A DNA stretch of 51,964 nt, from assembly GCA_002104905.1 (NCBI GenBank), contig MCFE01000622.1, forward strand, positions 1 to 51,964, read 5' to 3'. This DNA comes from Basidiobolus meristosporus CBS 931.73. Lineage: Eukaryota; Fungi; Basidiobolomycota. Positions within the stretch are counted from its first letter, which is position 1; every line of letters begins with the position of its first letter. Below are positions 1 through 12,317 of this stretch, piece by piece. The notes beneath the pieces are model-generated. The model did not search any database, had not been told where the DNA came from, and saw nothing but the letters and a program-made list of their open reading frames with translations. The translations under genes were made by a program, and so were the position numbers.

Positions 1-165
1 TAAACAGGGCTGTAAACCATTACAGCAATGTCATCAGCTAATATCCTGCATTCCGGGAAGTATTTGTGTATCTTTCTCCGGGTACCCAGGTGATGTACGC
101 GACATCGTTTTCAGCGTGACCACAACAAAAAAGGGCTGTCAGATAGACAGCCTAAGCTATCAAAC
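1..165 (+). repeat. Non-coding direct repeat upstream of copy A (partner at 2732-2895)
   Basis: Shares ctaatatcctgcattccg.gaagtatttgtgtatctttctccgggtacccaggtgatgtacgc...aaagggctgtcagatagaca with 2732-2895, roughly 85-90% by eye. Confidence 0.9.
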
Positions 166-420
166 AATTGGCACTAATATTGATGGGCTCCCTTTTGGCC
201 TAATCATTGTATTTCCAAGTTTTCAATGGGCGATGTGCAGGCTATAATACGGCATTGCAAAAGCCTCATCGTCTGACATCCCGCAATTTGTGAAATATTT
301 GAATATCCTTCACCAGTTGGTTTTGTGCCATATTTGTGAATACCTAAATCTGGACAATCTTGGTTACCCATTTGGCGCTGATTTCCATCAGCATTTATCC
401 CGCTTGCGTGCAATACCATA

Positions 421-480
421 GAGATAAAAGTTTAACCATCAAATAGTATTCGATATCATCCAAATCTAGGAATGTACCGA
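421..480 (+). promoter_or_regulatory. Conserved upstream element of the membrane-protein array (example at copy A)
   Basis: agagataaaagtttaaccatc...tattcgatatcatccaaatctaggaatgtacc is near-identical at 10951-11010. Variants occur at ~3123, ~4765/4835, ~6810, ~9232, ~12810/13100-13220, 16868-16935 (minus strand), ~18172 and ~19250. Confidence 0.65.
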
Positions 481-648
481 GAGAAATTCTCTAGACCTCA
501 ACAACCACGGCAGATGACAGACATGATTTATCACTATTGAAGGTACCTCAATGGCATTGGGGTTCAACAATCCCTGATCAAACCACTACGTTGCGAATAT
601 AAATGCATCGAAGCTGCTCATCTTGCCTTCACCTTCTAGAATCAATCA

Positions 649-1815
649 ATGGCGGTTGTTTACGAACTGAACAACACAGTATTTTTAGTGTTGTGTGGAC
701 TTTCTGGATTCTGCAGCATAATACTCGGTTCCTCTCTTGCAGGAACTTTGGATATTAGGGATGTGGACCATCCTGAAAATACTCACAATAGTAACATCAA
801 AATGGATATGATATTACCATTATCTGTAATGCGACACTTCATCACACAGCTTATTGGGATCGAGTTGATCAAAACCAACAAAAAGTCTTTGAAAACGGTG
901 GTTCAGTCTGTCTTCGAGGGAAGCGCTTACTTGGTGAATCCCCTGGTGCAAAATAGCAATATAGGAATATCAGTTAGCGCCGAGAAATATGAAAGTAAAC
1001 CGAATCCATCCAAGAAACTTGAGTTGTCGCTAATAGATCACCCGGATATACGCATGGCAGTGGAATCTGGATGTCTAACAAGAGTGAAGGAAAAAGACGT
1101 ACCTTTGCTGATGCGCAGAGATCTAGCGGTGTATCGTATATCAGGGAACAGATTTATCTCTTACCTGGGAAGTATAACCGCACTGTGTGTGACCTCCCTG
1201 TGGATTCATTGCATCTATGTAGTTACTCGAAACTTGCAGAATCATAATGGCACACCTGGAGCTAAGAGGATCATGGTTCTAACGATTCCGTTGCTTTTTA
1301 TCCCACTACTCTGTAGAACATCATTATATAAGGGTCCTGTAATTGTCCATGTCGAGGATGATGATGGTTGTTCCAAAAGCATAAATTTCACTGAGTCAAA
1401 AATCCGTGGCAATGAATCCGATGAGAGGAACACAAGAGACGGCTCTGACGTAGGCGATTTGATTTATCAGAAGATGCTCATCCGTTATAGGATTCAGCGA
1501 ATCGTGGGCTCACTGTTCTTTATGCTGCTATTTTATGCAGTATACTTTGCGATATCTGCAATAGCTTCTATGGATACTGATACCGATTCGACAGATCAGA
1601 ATTCGTACTGGTATATATTTGGTTATTATGTTATAACTTTCACCAAACTCTGCAGACTTGCGGAACCAATGGTCCATTGTCTTTTGTGCTACATTTCGCT
1701 AGGTAAAGTCGTTTTTCATCAGCGAAAACCATTGCAAGTACTCTCGATGTGTGAGAAAATCTTAACAGTGATATATTATGTAGTTACCCCTTCGGCAAAT
1801 TTTAGCGCAGTGTAG
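649..1815 (+). CDS. Uncharacterised multi-pass membrane protein, array copy A (388 aa)
   Basis: Intact intronless ORF with family motifs RHFITQLIGIELIKT, QSVFEGSAY, KKLELS, SLYKGPV, RYRIQRIVGSL, LAEPMVHC. About 5-7 hydrophobic segments; TATAAA at ~597. Confidence 0.85.
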   Translation: MAVVYELNNTVFLVLCGLSGFCSIILGSSLAGTLDIRDVDHPENTHNSNIKMDMILPLSVMRHFITQLIGIELIKTNKKSLKTVVQSVFEGSAYLVNPLVQNSNIGISVSAEKYESKPNPSKKLELSLIDHPDIRMAVESGCLTRVKEKDVPLLMRRDLAVYRISGNRFISYLGSITALCVTSLWIHCIYVVTRNLQNHNGTPGAKRIMVLTIPLLFIPLLCRTSLYKGPVIVHVEDDDGCSKSINFTESKIRGNESDERNTRDGSDVGDLIYQKMLIRYRIQRIVGSLFFMLLFYAVYFAISAIASMDTDTDSTDQNSYWYIFGYYVITFTKLCRLAEPMVHCLLCYISLGKVVFHQRKPLQVLSMCEKILTVIYYVVTPSANFSAV

Positions 1816-2731
1816 GAAATAAAAGGCAATTTCTGTATACTTCAGATGTATACACCACGCTCATATTTGTCACAGTCAAAGCTGGTGATAATCCAGTAAA
1901 TGAAGACCAAGTTCCAAAACCCAGGCAGGAAGTTTTATCTGCATTTGTTACCGGCCTGGGTGGGTAGATAGAATTATCTGCTACGGTGACTATGCAGAGC
2001 CAGCAGTACATTGTCTAGAATGTCTGTTCCGACTGTGCATGGCGACTTTCTCCAATAGTCGTATCTTGAAAGCACTTTCGTATTGCGAAAATGGCTTGCA
2101 TTATATAGATCTCCTTCTATTACCTATGGCATTCTTTACCTTTTGAAAAAGCATCAGCATTAAATATAAGACCTGTAGATCTATGTTGCCGCGATGGTAC
2201 CTTCGGGAACCCTAATGATCATTAAAGGCTTCGATTGCGATCTACCATCATTAATATCGCATCACTCTCGTACATATCAATACCACGAATGTTGAAAAAC
2301 ATGCCCTAATAATGAGCCACAAGTTCGTTTTATTTGCATCATATTGTTTCATTCATTAATATAGTAAAGGGCTTCAGAAAATAGCATACAAAGGTTTCTC
2401 TTCTACAATAACGATGCCACGAATGGAAATGGATTGTACTTGAGTAAATTCATAAAATCGGTGAACTAACATCAACGCTCCACTCAAACAATGTGACCAG
2501 TATACTATGATGGTCACAAACACTTTCAGGAGTATTCATGTATATATATATGGTTGCACGCAATGGTGTGGTAATACTAGCTATATGGTATGTTTGAAGT
2601 GGACTATATAATAGCTTATTTCAGCACACTGTCTGTGATGTATCTGGACAAGTATGATGCAACGTATATCGTGGTAGTGGTTAAGAGGCCAAAATCGTTC
2701 GGTAATCCTATTCTTTCGACTGTTCAAAATA

Positions 2732-2895
2732 TAAACATGGCTATAAATCATTACCGCAACGTCATCAACTAATATCCTGCATTCCGTGAAGTATTTGTGT
2801 ATCTTTCTCCGGGTACCCAGGTGATGTACGCAACAACGTTTTCAGCGTGACCACAATAAAAAAGGGCTGTCAGATAGACAACCCAAGTTATCCAA
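2732..2895 (+). repeat. Non-coding direct repeat upstream of copy B (partner at 1-165)
   Basis: Direct alignment to 1-165. Confidence 0.9.
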
Positions 2896-3303
2896 TATAA
2901 GGCTTTATAATTTCTGGCCTTCCTATTGAATGATCCTGTGATTTCCAGAATACTTAGCTGGCCAATACATCCTACACGTATGAATATTGTTGTGTAAGGC
3001 GGATCGGTATGGTAAAATATGAGTATCATTATTCATGTGCTATCCGCCTGGCTCTGATAAGTCTATGGGCTGTCCACATGGTACTGGTAAATCCTAACAA
3101 TATATCAATACCACACTTCGCGGGGTAGAAGTTTATCCATCAACGAATGTTCGATAGCATACAAATCTAAGAATGAATGGATAAAACAGTTTCCGATTCG
3201 AACAGGCACATGATATGTTATTCAATTTACAGATAAATCCATTTGATTACGAGTATAAGAGCTCTCACATACTCTGGCATTTACGATACAACCTGATTTA
3301 ATT

Positions 3304-4422
3304 ATGCTTGACTACGTTTTGAAAGACACCACATTAAAAGTACTGTTTTCGCTTTCTTCGTCCTCATCCTTGATACTCCTACTCTTTTTTGGGGCGAAAC
3401 GCATTGTTTTCGAAGCAAGTTATGGTAAAAAAAGCGCCACTGGCGACTATGAGAGGGCTATAACATTCCCATTATTTGCGGTTCGATACTACATCACACA
3501 GTTGGTGGGAATTAAGTTGGTCAAAACTGATCAAAAATCGGTGAAAATGGTGATTCAGTCCGTCTTCTCAGGAAATGCCTTCTTGGTGAATCCTCGCCCC
3601 CAAAATCGCACAAGTACTGCAGTTGCCATTAAGAAGCTTGAGTTGTCACTGCTGGATCAACCGACCACTCGCATAAAACCAGAATACAGATCCTTGATCA
3701 GGGTAAAGGAAGAAGACGTACCCTTGCTACTGCAAAGTGATCTATCGGTGTATCGCATACCCAAAAACAAGATTGTTTCTTACTTTGGAGGTATAGGCGC
3801 CCTGTGCGTGATATCCCTGTGGATATATAACCTTTATATAATTATACGAAGCCTGAAAAGCCTTGGCTACATACCCGGAGCTAATGCGAACACAAACCTA
3901 ATGTGGCCGACCATGTTCATTCCTCTTCTATGGAATACCTCAGTATATAAGGGCCCGGTGTTTGTCGCAGTTAATAGCTGTCCCAAGAATTTGGATTTCA
4001 TTGAGCCACAAGCCCATAGCAACGGATCCAATGTAAGGTGCACCACAGAAAGCACAGACATAAGCATTTCGACTCAAAAAATACTCGTTCGTTATAGAAT
4101 CCAGCGACTCTTGGGCTCGCTACTTTATATGATCTTGTATTATGCAGTATACTTTGTAATAGCCGTATTAGCTACTATGGACACTATCATCGATACTGCA
4201 GATGAGAACCCACACCTTACTATGTTTGTTAACGGTTGTCTCGTTTTTCTCAGTTTCTGTAGACTTGCGGAGCCGATGGTACATTGCATTTTAAGCATCA
4301 TTTTATTAGGTCAAGTGGTCATTCATCACCAAAAACTATTACTAGTTCTCTCGATATGTGAGAAGATCTTATCAACGATCTATATTTTCGTTTTGCCTAT
4401 TGCAAATTTTGCCGTGGTATAA
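3304..4422 (+). CDS. Uncharacterised multi-pass membrane protein, copy B (372 aa)
   Basis: Intact ORF with RYYITQLVGIKLVKT, KKLELS, SVYKGPV, RYRIQRLLGSL, LAEPMVHC. Confidence 0.85.
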   Translation: MLDYVLKDTTLKVLFSLSSSSSLILLLFFGAKRIVFEASYGKKSATGDYERAITFPLFAVRYYITQLVGIKLVKTDQKSVKMVIQSVFSGNAFLVNPRPQNRTSTAVAIKKLELSLLDQPTTRIKPEYRSLIRVKEEDVPLLLQSDLSVYRIPKNKIVSYFGGIGALCVISLWIYNLYIIIRSLKSLGYIPGANANTNLMWPTMFIPLLWNTSVYKGPVFVAVNSCPKNLDFIEPQAHSNGSNVRCTTESTDISISTQKILVRYRIQRLLGSLLYMILYYAVYFVIAVLATMDTIIDTADENPHLTMFVNGCLVFLSFCRLAEPMVHCILSIILLGQVVIHHQKLLLVLSICEKILSTIYIFVLPIANFAVV

Positions 4423-4908
4423 TATAATAAATGGTCTCAAAAACCGGTAAATAAAGTTTGGACTCTTACTATACAAGAATATAAGGGATATATACAACTC
4501 AATTTGAATACGTACACCTATTAGCACATGCAGTCACTCGATCATGTTAAGATCCATTTCCAGAAATCCGGAATCTCGGAAACCCATAAACCAACGCCCA
4601 CATGGTTCGAATATCTCACCTAATTAATTCTTTTACGCAGGGAAAGTTATCCAATACTAGCAAGATAAAAGAAAACGTGACTTTGGCGTATGCACGGACT
4701 GTCCGAATGACTGTGTTTAGTCTCAATGATTGAGAGATAAATTATTGGCCACCAAGGAATATTCGATACCCTTTAATCTAAAAATGTACGAATAAAGTTA
4801 TGCTGTTCTTTTGGAGGTGAAGGTGAACCTGCAAGGAATATTCGATACCTACACACAAGAATGCACAGAAAAAATTGGTTCGATTTCAAAACACACGGCA
4901 TATGATTA

Positions 4909-5873
4909 ATGGATGCTATAGCTGTGTTGGGGGTTTTATTCATTTCGCGGTATATGTGAGATCAGTTTAGACCAATATCGAGCTATTGCCTTTCCATTGT
5001 TTGCAGTCTGACTTCTTGTCACAGAGTTTGTGGGGATTGAGTCAATCAAAACCGGTCAAGAATGTACGAAAATGGCGATTCAGTCTGTCTTCGAGGGAAA
5101 TGCATTCTTTGTTGATCCTCGTACGCAAAGCGACATGACAAGCATTAAAAATGGCGCTGGGAAAGATCAAAGCAAACCAAACCCATCGAAGAAACTTTTT
5201 AGTATCAATTGATGAACCGAATGCTCGCATAACAACAGAATATGAATATCTGACAAAGGTGAATGAAGAAGGTATCTATCTGCTACTACAAAGTAATTTA
5301 TTGGTGTATCGTATAACTGAAAACAAGACTATATCCTACGTGAGCAGTATTGGTGTTCTCTGTATGACGTTCTTCTGGATGTATAGTATTTATGTAATTA
5401 CATGAAGCCCGATGAACGTTGGTTACATAAGTGGAGCTAAAAAGATCAGTATAAGGACATTAATCACTGTGAATGCAGATGATTGTCCTATTAGTATATA
5501 ATATATAGAATCATCCAATGTAAACAAGAAAATATGGAATTCCAACACCGATAATTTGACTCAAAAAGAAGCTCTCATTCATGTTCTCGGCTCATTGTTC
5601 TATATGATCTTGTTCTATTCAGCATACTGTAGATATGCAGTATTGGTTGTTCCTGAGGTCAATGCAGAATCCACAGAACAGAAAATGATCGGTTTCCCAG
5701 CGTTTTTTCGGTACAGTGCATGTCTAGAGCCAGCGACGTATAGCATTCGATGTTTGATCTCCTTGAGTCAAGCAAAATTCAGTCGACCTCAATTATCGCT
5801 TTGGCGTGAGTTTGTTATTTCACTCATACATGCCATTCTCATACCCGCGACAAATTTACTTCCGTCGTTGTGA
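4909..5873 (+). pseudogene. Degraded array copy C
   Basis: Family motifs are split across frames with stops: AIAFPLFAV*LLVTEFVGIESIKT, IQSVFEGNAF, LLVYRITE, VLGSLFYMIL, CLEPATY (ORF pieces 5030-5212, 5151-5405, 5556-5873). Start approximate. Confidence 0.8.
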
Positions 5874-7033
5874 AAGAACGTGTTGCCAAGCAAATTAATT
5901 ATAGAGAACCCAATCACTAACTCAACGCTACGATCTAGTGATCGGAGAGTGAATAAAGAGCGATGAAAAGCTTTGAAATGAGTGACCCGTTTCTCGTACG
6001 GGGCTGTTGGTGCATTGCATATTACTAGGTCAAGCATTTTTTCGACACCAAAAACTGTTGCATCTTCTCTCAATTTGTGAGAAAATTTTAACAGGGGTTC
6101 ATCGAATTGTTTACCCTCTTGCAAATGCAACCGCACTATAAAGCATTAATGGACTTCAAGTATTAGAATACACAGTTCTTAAAAACGTTATATATATATA
6201 CTGATTTTGTGCCACTGTAGCTTGTTTCTGTGTATTCCAAGAGTTGGCACCACTACGTATACAATGTTCTGACTTCACTCTTGTACAGGAATGTGTAACC
6301 GTGAAGTTGATAGCTTAGCACCCAACTTACGCGATTAGCATATATAGAAGTGCTATACACAAGGTTGTATTTAGCACTTTATCATGATCTGCCAAGACGT
6401 AATAAGATTTTCAATTCTTGAAGTGCATACACTCTGCTGTACGAATACTCCCATATGAAATAGAACAATAAATGCTTTGAATACAAATTTGACAGAGGCT
6501 GAGAAGCCAATACTATGTAAGGTAATGACTGCGACATTTTCCCTGATTGTGTATTTCAATACAACTAGCCCAAGAATCTAAGTCTAAAATGGCAATAAGC
6601 GCATGTGTAGTTTTGTGCCTATGCTGAGCACAGGCAGCCACAGGCATGGTCAATGTTTATTCAATGAGATCACCTATGAATACTTGGCAGTTTAAATTTC
6701 AAACGATCCACAAGGTTCTGAGATTGACCTATATTTGAATGAGACTGTTTAAGGCATATCAGAATGGGCCTAGTAGAAATTGTTATGAAATTTGCCACTA
6801 CCACACCTGTGAGGGTAAAAGTTCATCCATTGGAGAGAATGTTTTACCTTCCCTAGCATTGAATAGATGCGTATTTTAGGACCTGATAGGTATTGGATAT
6901 AAAGTACTCTGAGTACTCTGCTTCACATATTTCCGGATAACAGCATTATTATCTGATATGTGTAGGAGAATCAACAAATATAAAACCTTTCACATGCCTG
7001 CTCCTGACTTTGAACTTCAAGCCTGCAGTTAAT

Positions 7034-8188
7034 ATGTTTGACTCGGAGTTAAGTGAATATGTGCTTTTGGTGCTTTTTTGCCTTGTTGCTTTCTTTAGCT
7101 TGATGCTTCACTTTAACCTCATAGTGAAAAAAATCGTTTTCAATAGAAACCGGCGGGAGAAACCAACCTGCAGGGATTATGATCTAGCAGTTGGATTTCC
7201 GATATGTGCACTTCGACACTACATCACACAGCTTGTGAATATCGAGCTGATCCCAACTAACCAAAAAGTCCTGAAAGAAGTTATTCGATCTGCCATAGAG
7301 GGTAGTGCTTACTGGGTTAATCATCCCGAACGAGATAATGCTGCAAATGCCTCAAGTAGCACCGAGAATACCGACATTGAATCAAAATCATCCAAGCTGG
7401 TCCTATCGCCAGTAGATCAGCCAGACATTCGCATATCCACAGAATATGGACCTCTGATCAAGGTGAAGGATGAAGACATACACTTGCTATTGGAAAACGA
7501 GATATCGATATCACATGTACCAGAATCGAAGCTGCTTTCTTACCTGAAGAAATTGGGTTTTTGGTGTGCACTACTCTACTGGGTGTATGTAATTCACGAG
7601 ATTTTCCAGAGCTGGCTGAGCCTCGGCTACGTAACCGATGGTCAGATCCTCACAAATCTAACGAATCCATTCTTCCTTATTCCGCTTCTGCACAACACCT
7701 CGGTGTATAAGCCGATGCTATTTATCACCGTAGAAACTGGTGATTTTCCTCCAAGCATGGCTTTTGCTAAACTGGATGCACGAGATGAAAAATCCAATAC
7801 TTGTGATGCAAGCAATACACCGGAAATTCCTGGTTCAAGCAAATCAATGCAGAGGGAAGCCCTTATCCGATATAGCATTCAGCGAATTTTGGGATCCATA
7901 CTGTACATGATCCTATATTACCCACTATATTTTGGATTGGCTGCATTGACTACTTCGAGAGCCGATACTGCCTTTAGCCAAGTGGAATTGACCTACCTAA
8001 TATTCATCAGGTACTGTCTACTTGCAGAACCGATTGTGCCTTGCATCCGTAGCTTAGTTACATTAGGGCAAGTAACGTTTTATCATCCAAATGTATTACG
8101 ACTACTCTCATGGTGTGAATTTATCTTAATGCATGTACATGCCATTCTTTTACCTATTTCATCTATACTATGGATTTTCTTAATTTGA
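7034..8188 (+). CDS. Uncharacterised multi-pass membrane protein, copy D (~384 aa)
   Basis: Intact ORF with RHYITQLVNIELIPT, SVYKPM, RYSIQRILGSILYMILYYPLY, LAEPIVPC. ATG 7034 chosen over TTG 7010 because of the TATA box at ~6979 and family alignment. Confidence 0.85.
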   Translation: MFDSELSEYVLLVLFCLVAFFSLMLHFNLIVKKIVFNRNRREKPTCRDYDLAVGFPICALRHYITQLVNIELIPTNQKVLKEVIRSAIEGSAYWVNHPERDNAANASSSTENTDIESKSSKLVLSPVDQPDIRISTEYGPLIKVKDEDIHLLLENEISISHVPESKLLSYLKKLGFWCALLYWVYVIHEIFQSWLSLGYVTDGQILTNLTNPFFLIPLLHNTSVYKPMLFITVETGDFPPSMAFAKLDARDEKSNTCDASNTPEIPGSSKSMQREALIRYSIQRILGSILYMILYYPLYFGLAALTTSRADTAFSQVELTYLIFIRYCLLAEPIVPCIRSLVTLGQVTFYHPNVLRLLSWCEFILMHVHAILLPISSILWIFLI

Positions 8189-8559
8189 GAAATGAACTAT
8201 TATCAAATGCTCTCAATGCTGGCGAACCATAGCTTAATAAACAGAGGCATTGAAATTATGTAAAGTAAATAAAGAGCACTAGCTAGTTTGACGATATGTA
8301 TAGAAAATGGATAGTAGTTGTAATTATCGACTGTGAGTGTTCCAAGTTTTCAGCATACTACAAAAGATCTTCATGATGTATGTGGTAGATTCAACGGAAG
8401 TAGCGATGTAAATCATTTTGACAGAAGGATCACTAAATCACAAATTCACTTTAACTGTTGCGAAAGGTTTAAATGATTTAGTGCATCAGTCAATATCTTT
8501 ATGACTGATATTTTAGGCGACTACAGGAATGCCAAAGATAGATTGATATTTTCTGTGTA

Positions 8560-9105
8560 CAGCATCCTTATATCAGGGCCTCCTGTCGCCATGGACATTG
8601 ATGATTGTCCCTTTGGCATGGAGCTTGGCACCTGTATCAATGAATTCAATATATGCAAGACAAAAGCAAATCCTGTTATTGGCGATTTGAATCGAGTTAT
8701 TTATCCACACTAGCTACTATGGCTTTTGTGACTGTATCTACAGCTCAGCAACTGAAACACTCCAATTTTTTTATTTCATACCTCGAATTAGAGTCAGTAG
8801 ACTTGCGGAATATAATGCATCATGTAGTATTGTTCACTAGATACAATATCAGCCCTTTTATACCAACTATTTAATTGTGCTTAAATGGGGTTGTAAATAC
8901 TTTAATACTACTTCTTACTTGGTATCTCGCAAAAAGAAGATACCATATAAACTGTATTTGAAGATGACACACCAAAATCATCCAAGAAACTTGAAATGTC
9001 GCCGATAGATATGTCGAACGCTTGCATCATGAAAAAAATCGATATTTGACAAAGATGAAAGTTGGCACATTGAGAAGATATCGAAATATCGGGCCATTGT
9101 TTGAA
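8560..9105 (+). pseudogene. Highly eroded family fragments
   Basis: Short matches: GPPVAMDIDDCP (~8575), LATM (~8712), RLAEY (~8800), PKSSKKLEMSPID...RYLTKMK (~8970-9060). Boundaries approximate. Confidence 0.55.
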
Positions 9106-9436
9106 GCACCAATGATGAACATGTTTTACGATCCCAAAAGATGGGACCTAATCAATATAGAATATTAGTCCACTGGCCCACCACATGACTTTGGTAAGCT
9201 TCGGGAACAGATCAATCAATGCCATATTCCAGGGAGGTAAACATTCAACCTTTGAAGAACATCCGATATCATCCAAATCTGAGAATCCACGGTTAATATT
9301 ATATTCGATTTGAACGGGTATGGAACGCTTGCAAGCTGGTGTTGTGGGTGCTTCAACTGAATTCCATATAAATCCCGTGGAATTGAAATAACGAAGTCCT
9401 CAAACAACCACTTTCGCATTTAACTCTAGGTTGAAT

Positions 9437-10595
9437 ATGTTCGACTATCGTCTGGACGACACTGCATTTGGAGTGTTGCTTCTACTCTCAGGATCCACTA
9501 GCCTGCCTCTCTTCTTCTTCCTTCTAGTGAAACGCAAAATATTCAACAACGATGAATTCATCTCCCATGTCAATTGCTTTTGCTATTCAATTTCCAGTAC
9601 TTGGAGTGCGGCATTTCATCACACAGCTTGTGGGAATTGATTTGGTCAAAACTGACCAGAAAATCAGGGGAATGGTGGTTCAGTCCGTCTTCGATGGCAA
9701 TGCCTACTTGATTGATCCTCAGGCGCTAAATAGCAGCACAGACATTGCAGATGGCACTGAGGAAGTCAAAGGTGAACCAAAAGCATCCAAGAAGCTTGTC
9801 TTATCAGCGGTTGATCAATCTGCAACTGGCATGACCATAAACTCGAGATATTTGACGAGGATGAAAGAAGAAGATGTACCCCTGATACTAAGCAGTAATC
9901 TATCGGTGTATCGCATACCAGAATCCAAGGTTATCACCTACTTGGGAAGTATAGGCTCGCTGTGCGTAGCTTCTCTGTGGATATATAGCATTTGTGCAGC
10001 TAAACGAAGCCTGCAAAGCCTTGGTTACATACCTGGAGCTAGCATGATCGAGTTTCTAATGTGCCCGGTGCTCTATTATCCATTTCTGTGTAAAAACTCA
10101 TTATACAAGGGTCCCGTTTTTATCAATGTGAAAGTTGGCAATTATCCCTCCAGAAGGGATTACTTAGAGCCTGACACAAATAGTAATGGACCCGGTGTGT
10201 GGAAGTCATAAGTAAGTGCTGACGTTCTCGATTTAACTCATCAGAAGTTGCTCCTCCGCTATAGGGTTCAATGAGTTGTAGGCTCGCCCGTCTATATGTT
10301 ACTATATTATCCAGTATACTTTGCAATAGCCGCACTAGCTACTATGGATACTGGCACTGTTCCTATAGCTTGTGGACCGTTATTATCCAAGTTCAATTAT
10401 TGGTTTAATGCTTATATCACATTCTCTAGACTTGCGGAGCCGGTAGTGCATTGCCTTGTATGTTTCATACTATTAGGTCAAGTAGTCAATCGTCATCCCA
10501 AGCCGTTGAAAGTACTCTCGATATTTGAGAATATCCTCACTGTGATATATGTTTTGGCTTTAGCTGCTTCAAATATTTTAGCTATAAGACATTAA
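9437..10595 (+). pseudogene. Array copy E, frameshifted with premature stops
   Basis: Frameshift near 9580 relative to copy H, TAA at 10209-10211, and TGA at ~10272 where paralogs have CGA (RIQR). Otherwise full length. Confidence 0.85.
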
Positions 10596-11162
10596 AGTGT
10601 CTCAAAACAATATGTTGACAGCGATAAGTCTCACAATCACAACAATTAGAATTCTTCATTTTCTATGCAGTGGTTGACTATTTCATATATCTGATGTATG
10701 GCAATATTATGACGTCATAATATTACATCATCTATGTTAACAAATATGATCAGTGCGTGTTTGGAATGGCAATCAGTGCATGTGTACTTTCATGCCTATT
10801 CTGTTCACAGTCAGTCACTGGCATCACATATGAGATCTATGAAATATCTCGATAAATTATGATTCAGGCAGTTCACTCTACAATCCAGGGAGCGCTTACT
10901 TCGTTATATGACGAATATTCAACTAGACTAGGGCTCTCGGTAATGCGCCACAGAGATAAAAGTTTAACCATCGCATGATATTCGATATGATCCAAATCTA
11001 GGAATGTACCAACAAATTTGCTCTCGACCTGAACAGCCACGGCTAATGATAATCATAGTTCATCTCTATTAAATATGCTTCAATAGTGTTCAGCGAACTC
11101 CTGCTGAAACCACTACATAGTGTACCTCTGAAAATCTTGCTTCTACGTTTTTACATAACTCA

Positions 11163-12317
11163 ATGATGAGTGACTATAGACTGGACAACACTGCATTTAA
11201 TGTGTTATATGGCATTTCTATATTCTCCAGTGCAATACTCAAAATAACTTGGGATAGTCGCAGTGTAAATCATCCTGAAAATTACCTCAATAGCGACTAC
11301 GAAATGGCTATGGTATTTCCATTATACGCCATCCGTCACTATATCACGCAGCTTGTGGGCACTGAGTTGGTCGATATTGATCAAAAATCATTGAAAACGG
11401 TGATTCAGTCTGTCTTCGAGGGACGTGCTTACTTGATTACTCCTATAGTGCAGAGTAGTAAAATAGGCACCGCAGAAGGCACTGAGAAGGTTGAAAGTGA
11501 ACGAAACCAGTCCAAGAAGCTTGAGCTATCACTTTTAGATCACCCGGATACTCGCATGACAGCAGAATACAAATCTTTGATGAAGGTGAAGAAAGAAGAC
11601 ATACCCTGGCTACTGCAATGTGATCTATCGGTGTATCGTATGCGAAAAATCAAGATTATCTCCTACTTTGAAAGTGTAGGTGCACTCTGTGTGACATCCC
11701 TGTGGATCCATAGCTTATATGTAGTTGCACAAAGCTTGCAGAATCAGATTGGCTTACCTGGAGCTATGAAGATCACACGTCTAATGATTCCGTTGCTTTT
11801 TATTCCACTCCTATGTAAAACCTCATTATCGAAGGGCCCCGTATATATCACAGCGAAAGTTGATGGTTCCCTCAAAGGCAAAGGTTTCATTGAGTCAAAC
11901 ATTCGTGGCAATGGAATCAATGCGCAGAAGGCAGCAGATAGTTCCGAAATAGGTGAATTAACTCCTCAGAAAATACTCATCTGCTATAGGATTCAACGAC
12001 TCTTGGGCTCACTACTCTATATGATTTTGTACTACGCAGTGTACTTCGTAATAGTCACATTAGCTACTCTTGATACCGACCCTGACTCTACAGACCTGCT
12101 TATGTATATTTTTAGGCTTTCTTATTGTCTTGTATTTATCAGCAAATCCTGCATTCTTGCGGAGCCAATGGTTCATTTCCTTTTGTGCTCTACTTTGCTC
12201 GCCAAAGTAGTTTTTCATCAGCAAAAACTATTGCAAGTACTCTCGATATGTGAGCTGATACTAACAAGGATACATCTTATTATTCTTCCTTTTGTAAATG
12301 CTACTGTACCGATATAG
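11163..12317 (+). CDS. Uncharacterised multi-pass membrane protein, copy F (384 aa)
   Basis: Intact ORF with all family motifs; upstream element most similar to that of copy A. Confidence 0.85.
   Translation: MMSDYRLDNTAFNVLYGISIFSSAILKITWDSRSVNHPENYLNSDYEMAMVFPLYAIRHYITQLVGTELVDIDQKSLKTVIQSVFEGRAYLITPIVQSSKIGTAEGTEKVESERNQSKKLELSLLDHPDTRMTAEYKSLMKVKKEDIPWLLQCDLSVYRMRKIKIISYFESVGALCVTSLWIHSLYVVAQSLQNQIGLPGAMKITRLMIPLLFIPLLCKTSLSKGPVYITAKVDGSLKGKGFIESNIRGNGINAQKAADSSEIGELTPQKILICYRIQRLLGSLLYMILYYAVYFVIVTLATLDTDPDSTDLLMYIFRLSYCLVFISKSCILAEPMVHFLLCSTLLAKVVFHQQKLLQVLSICELILTRIHLIILPFVNATVPI

Noticed and set aside
4435-4462. ctcaaaaac...taaagtttgg similarity to the 22100 repeat arm
   Set aside because: Too short and AT-rich to distinguish from chance.
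5789-6136. 115-aa minus-strand ORF between copies C and D
   Set aside because: GTG start, overlaps the tail of pseudogene C, and has no recognisable motif. Left unannotated.
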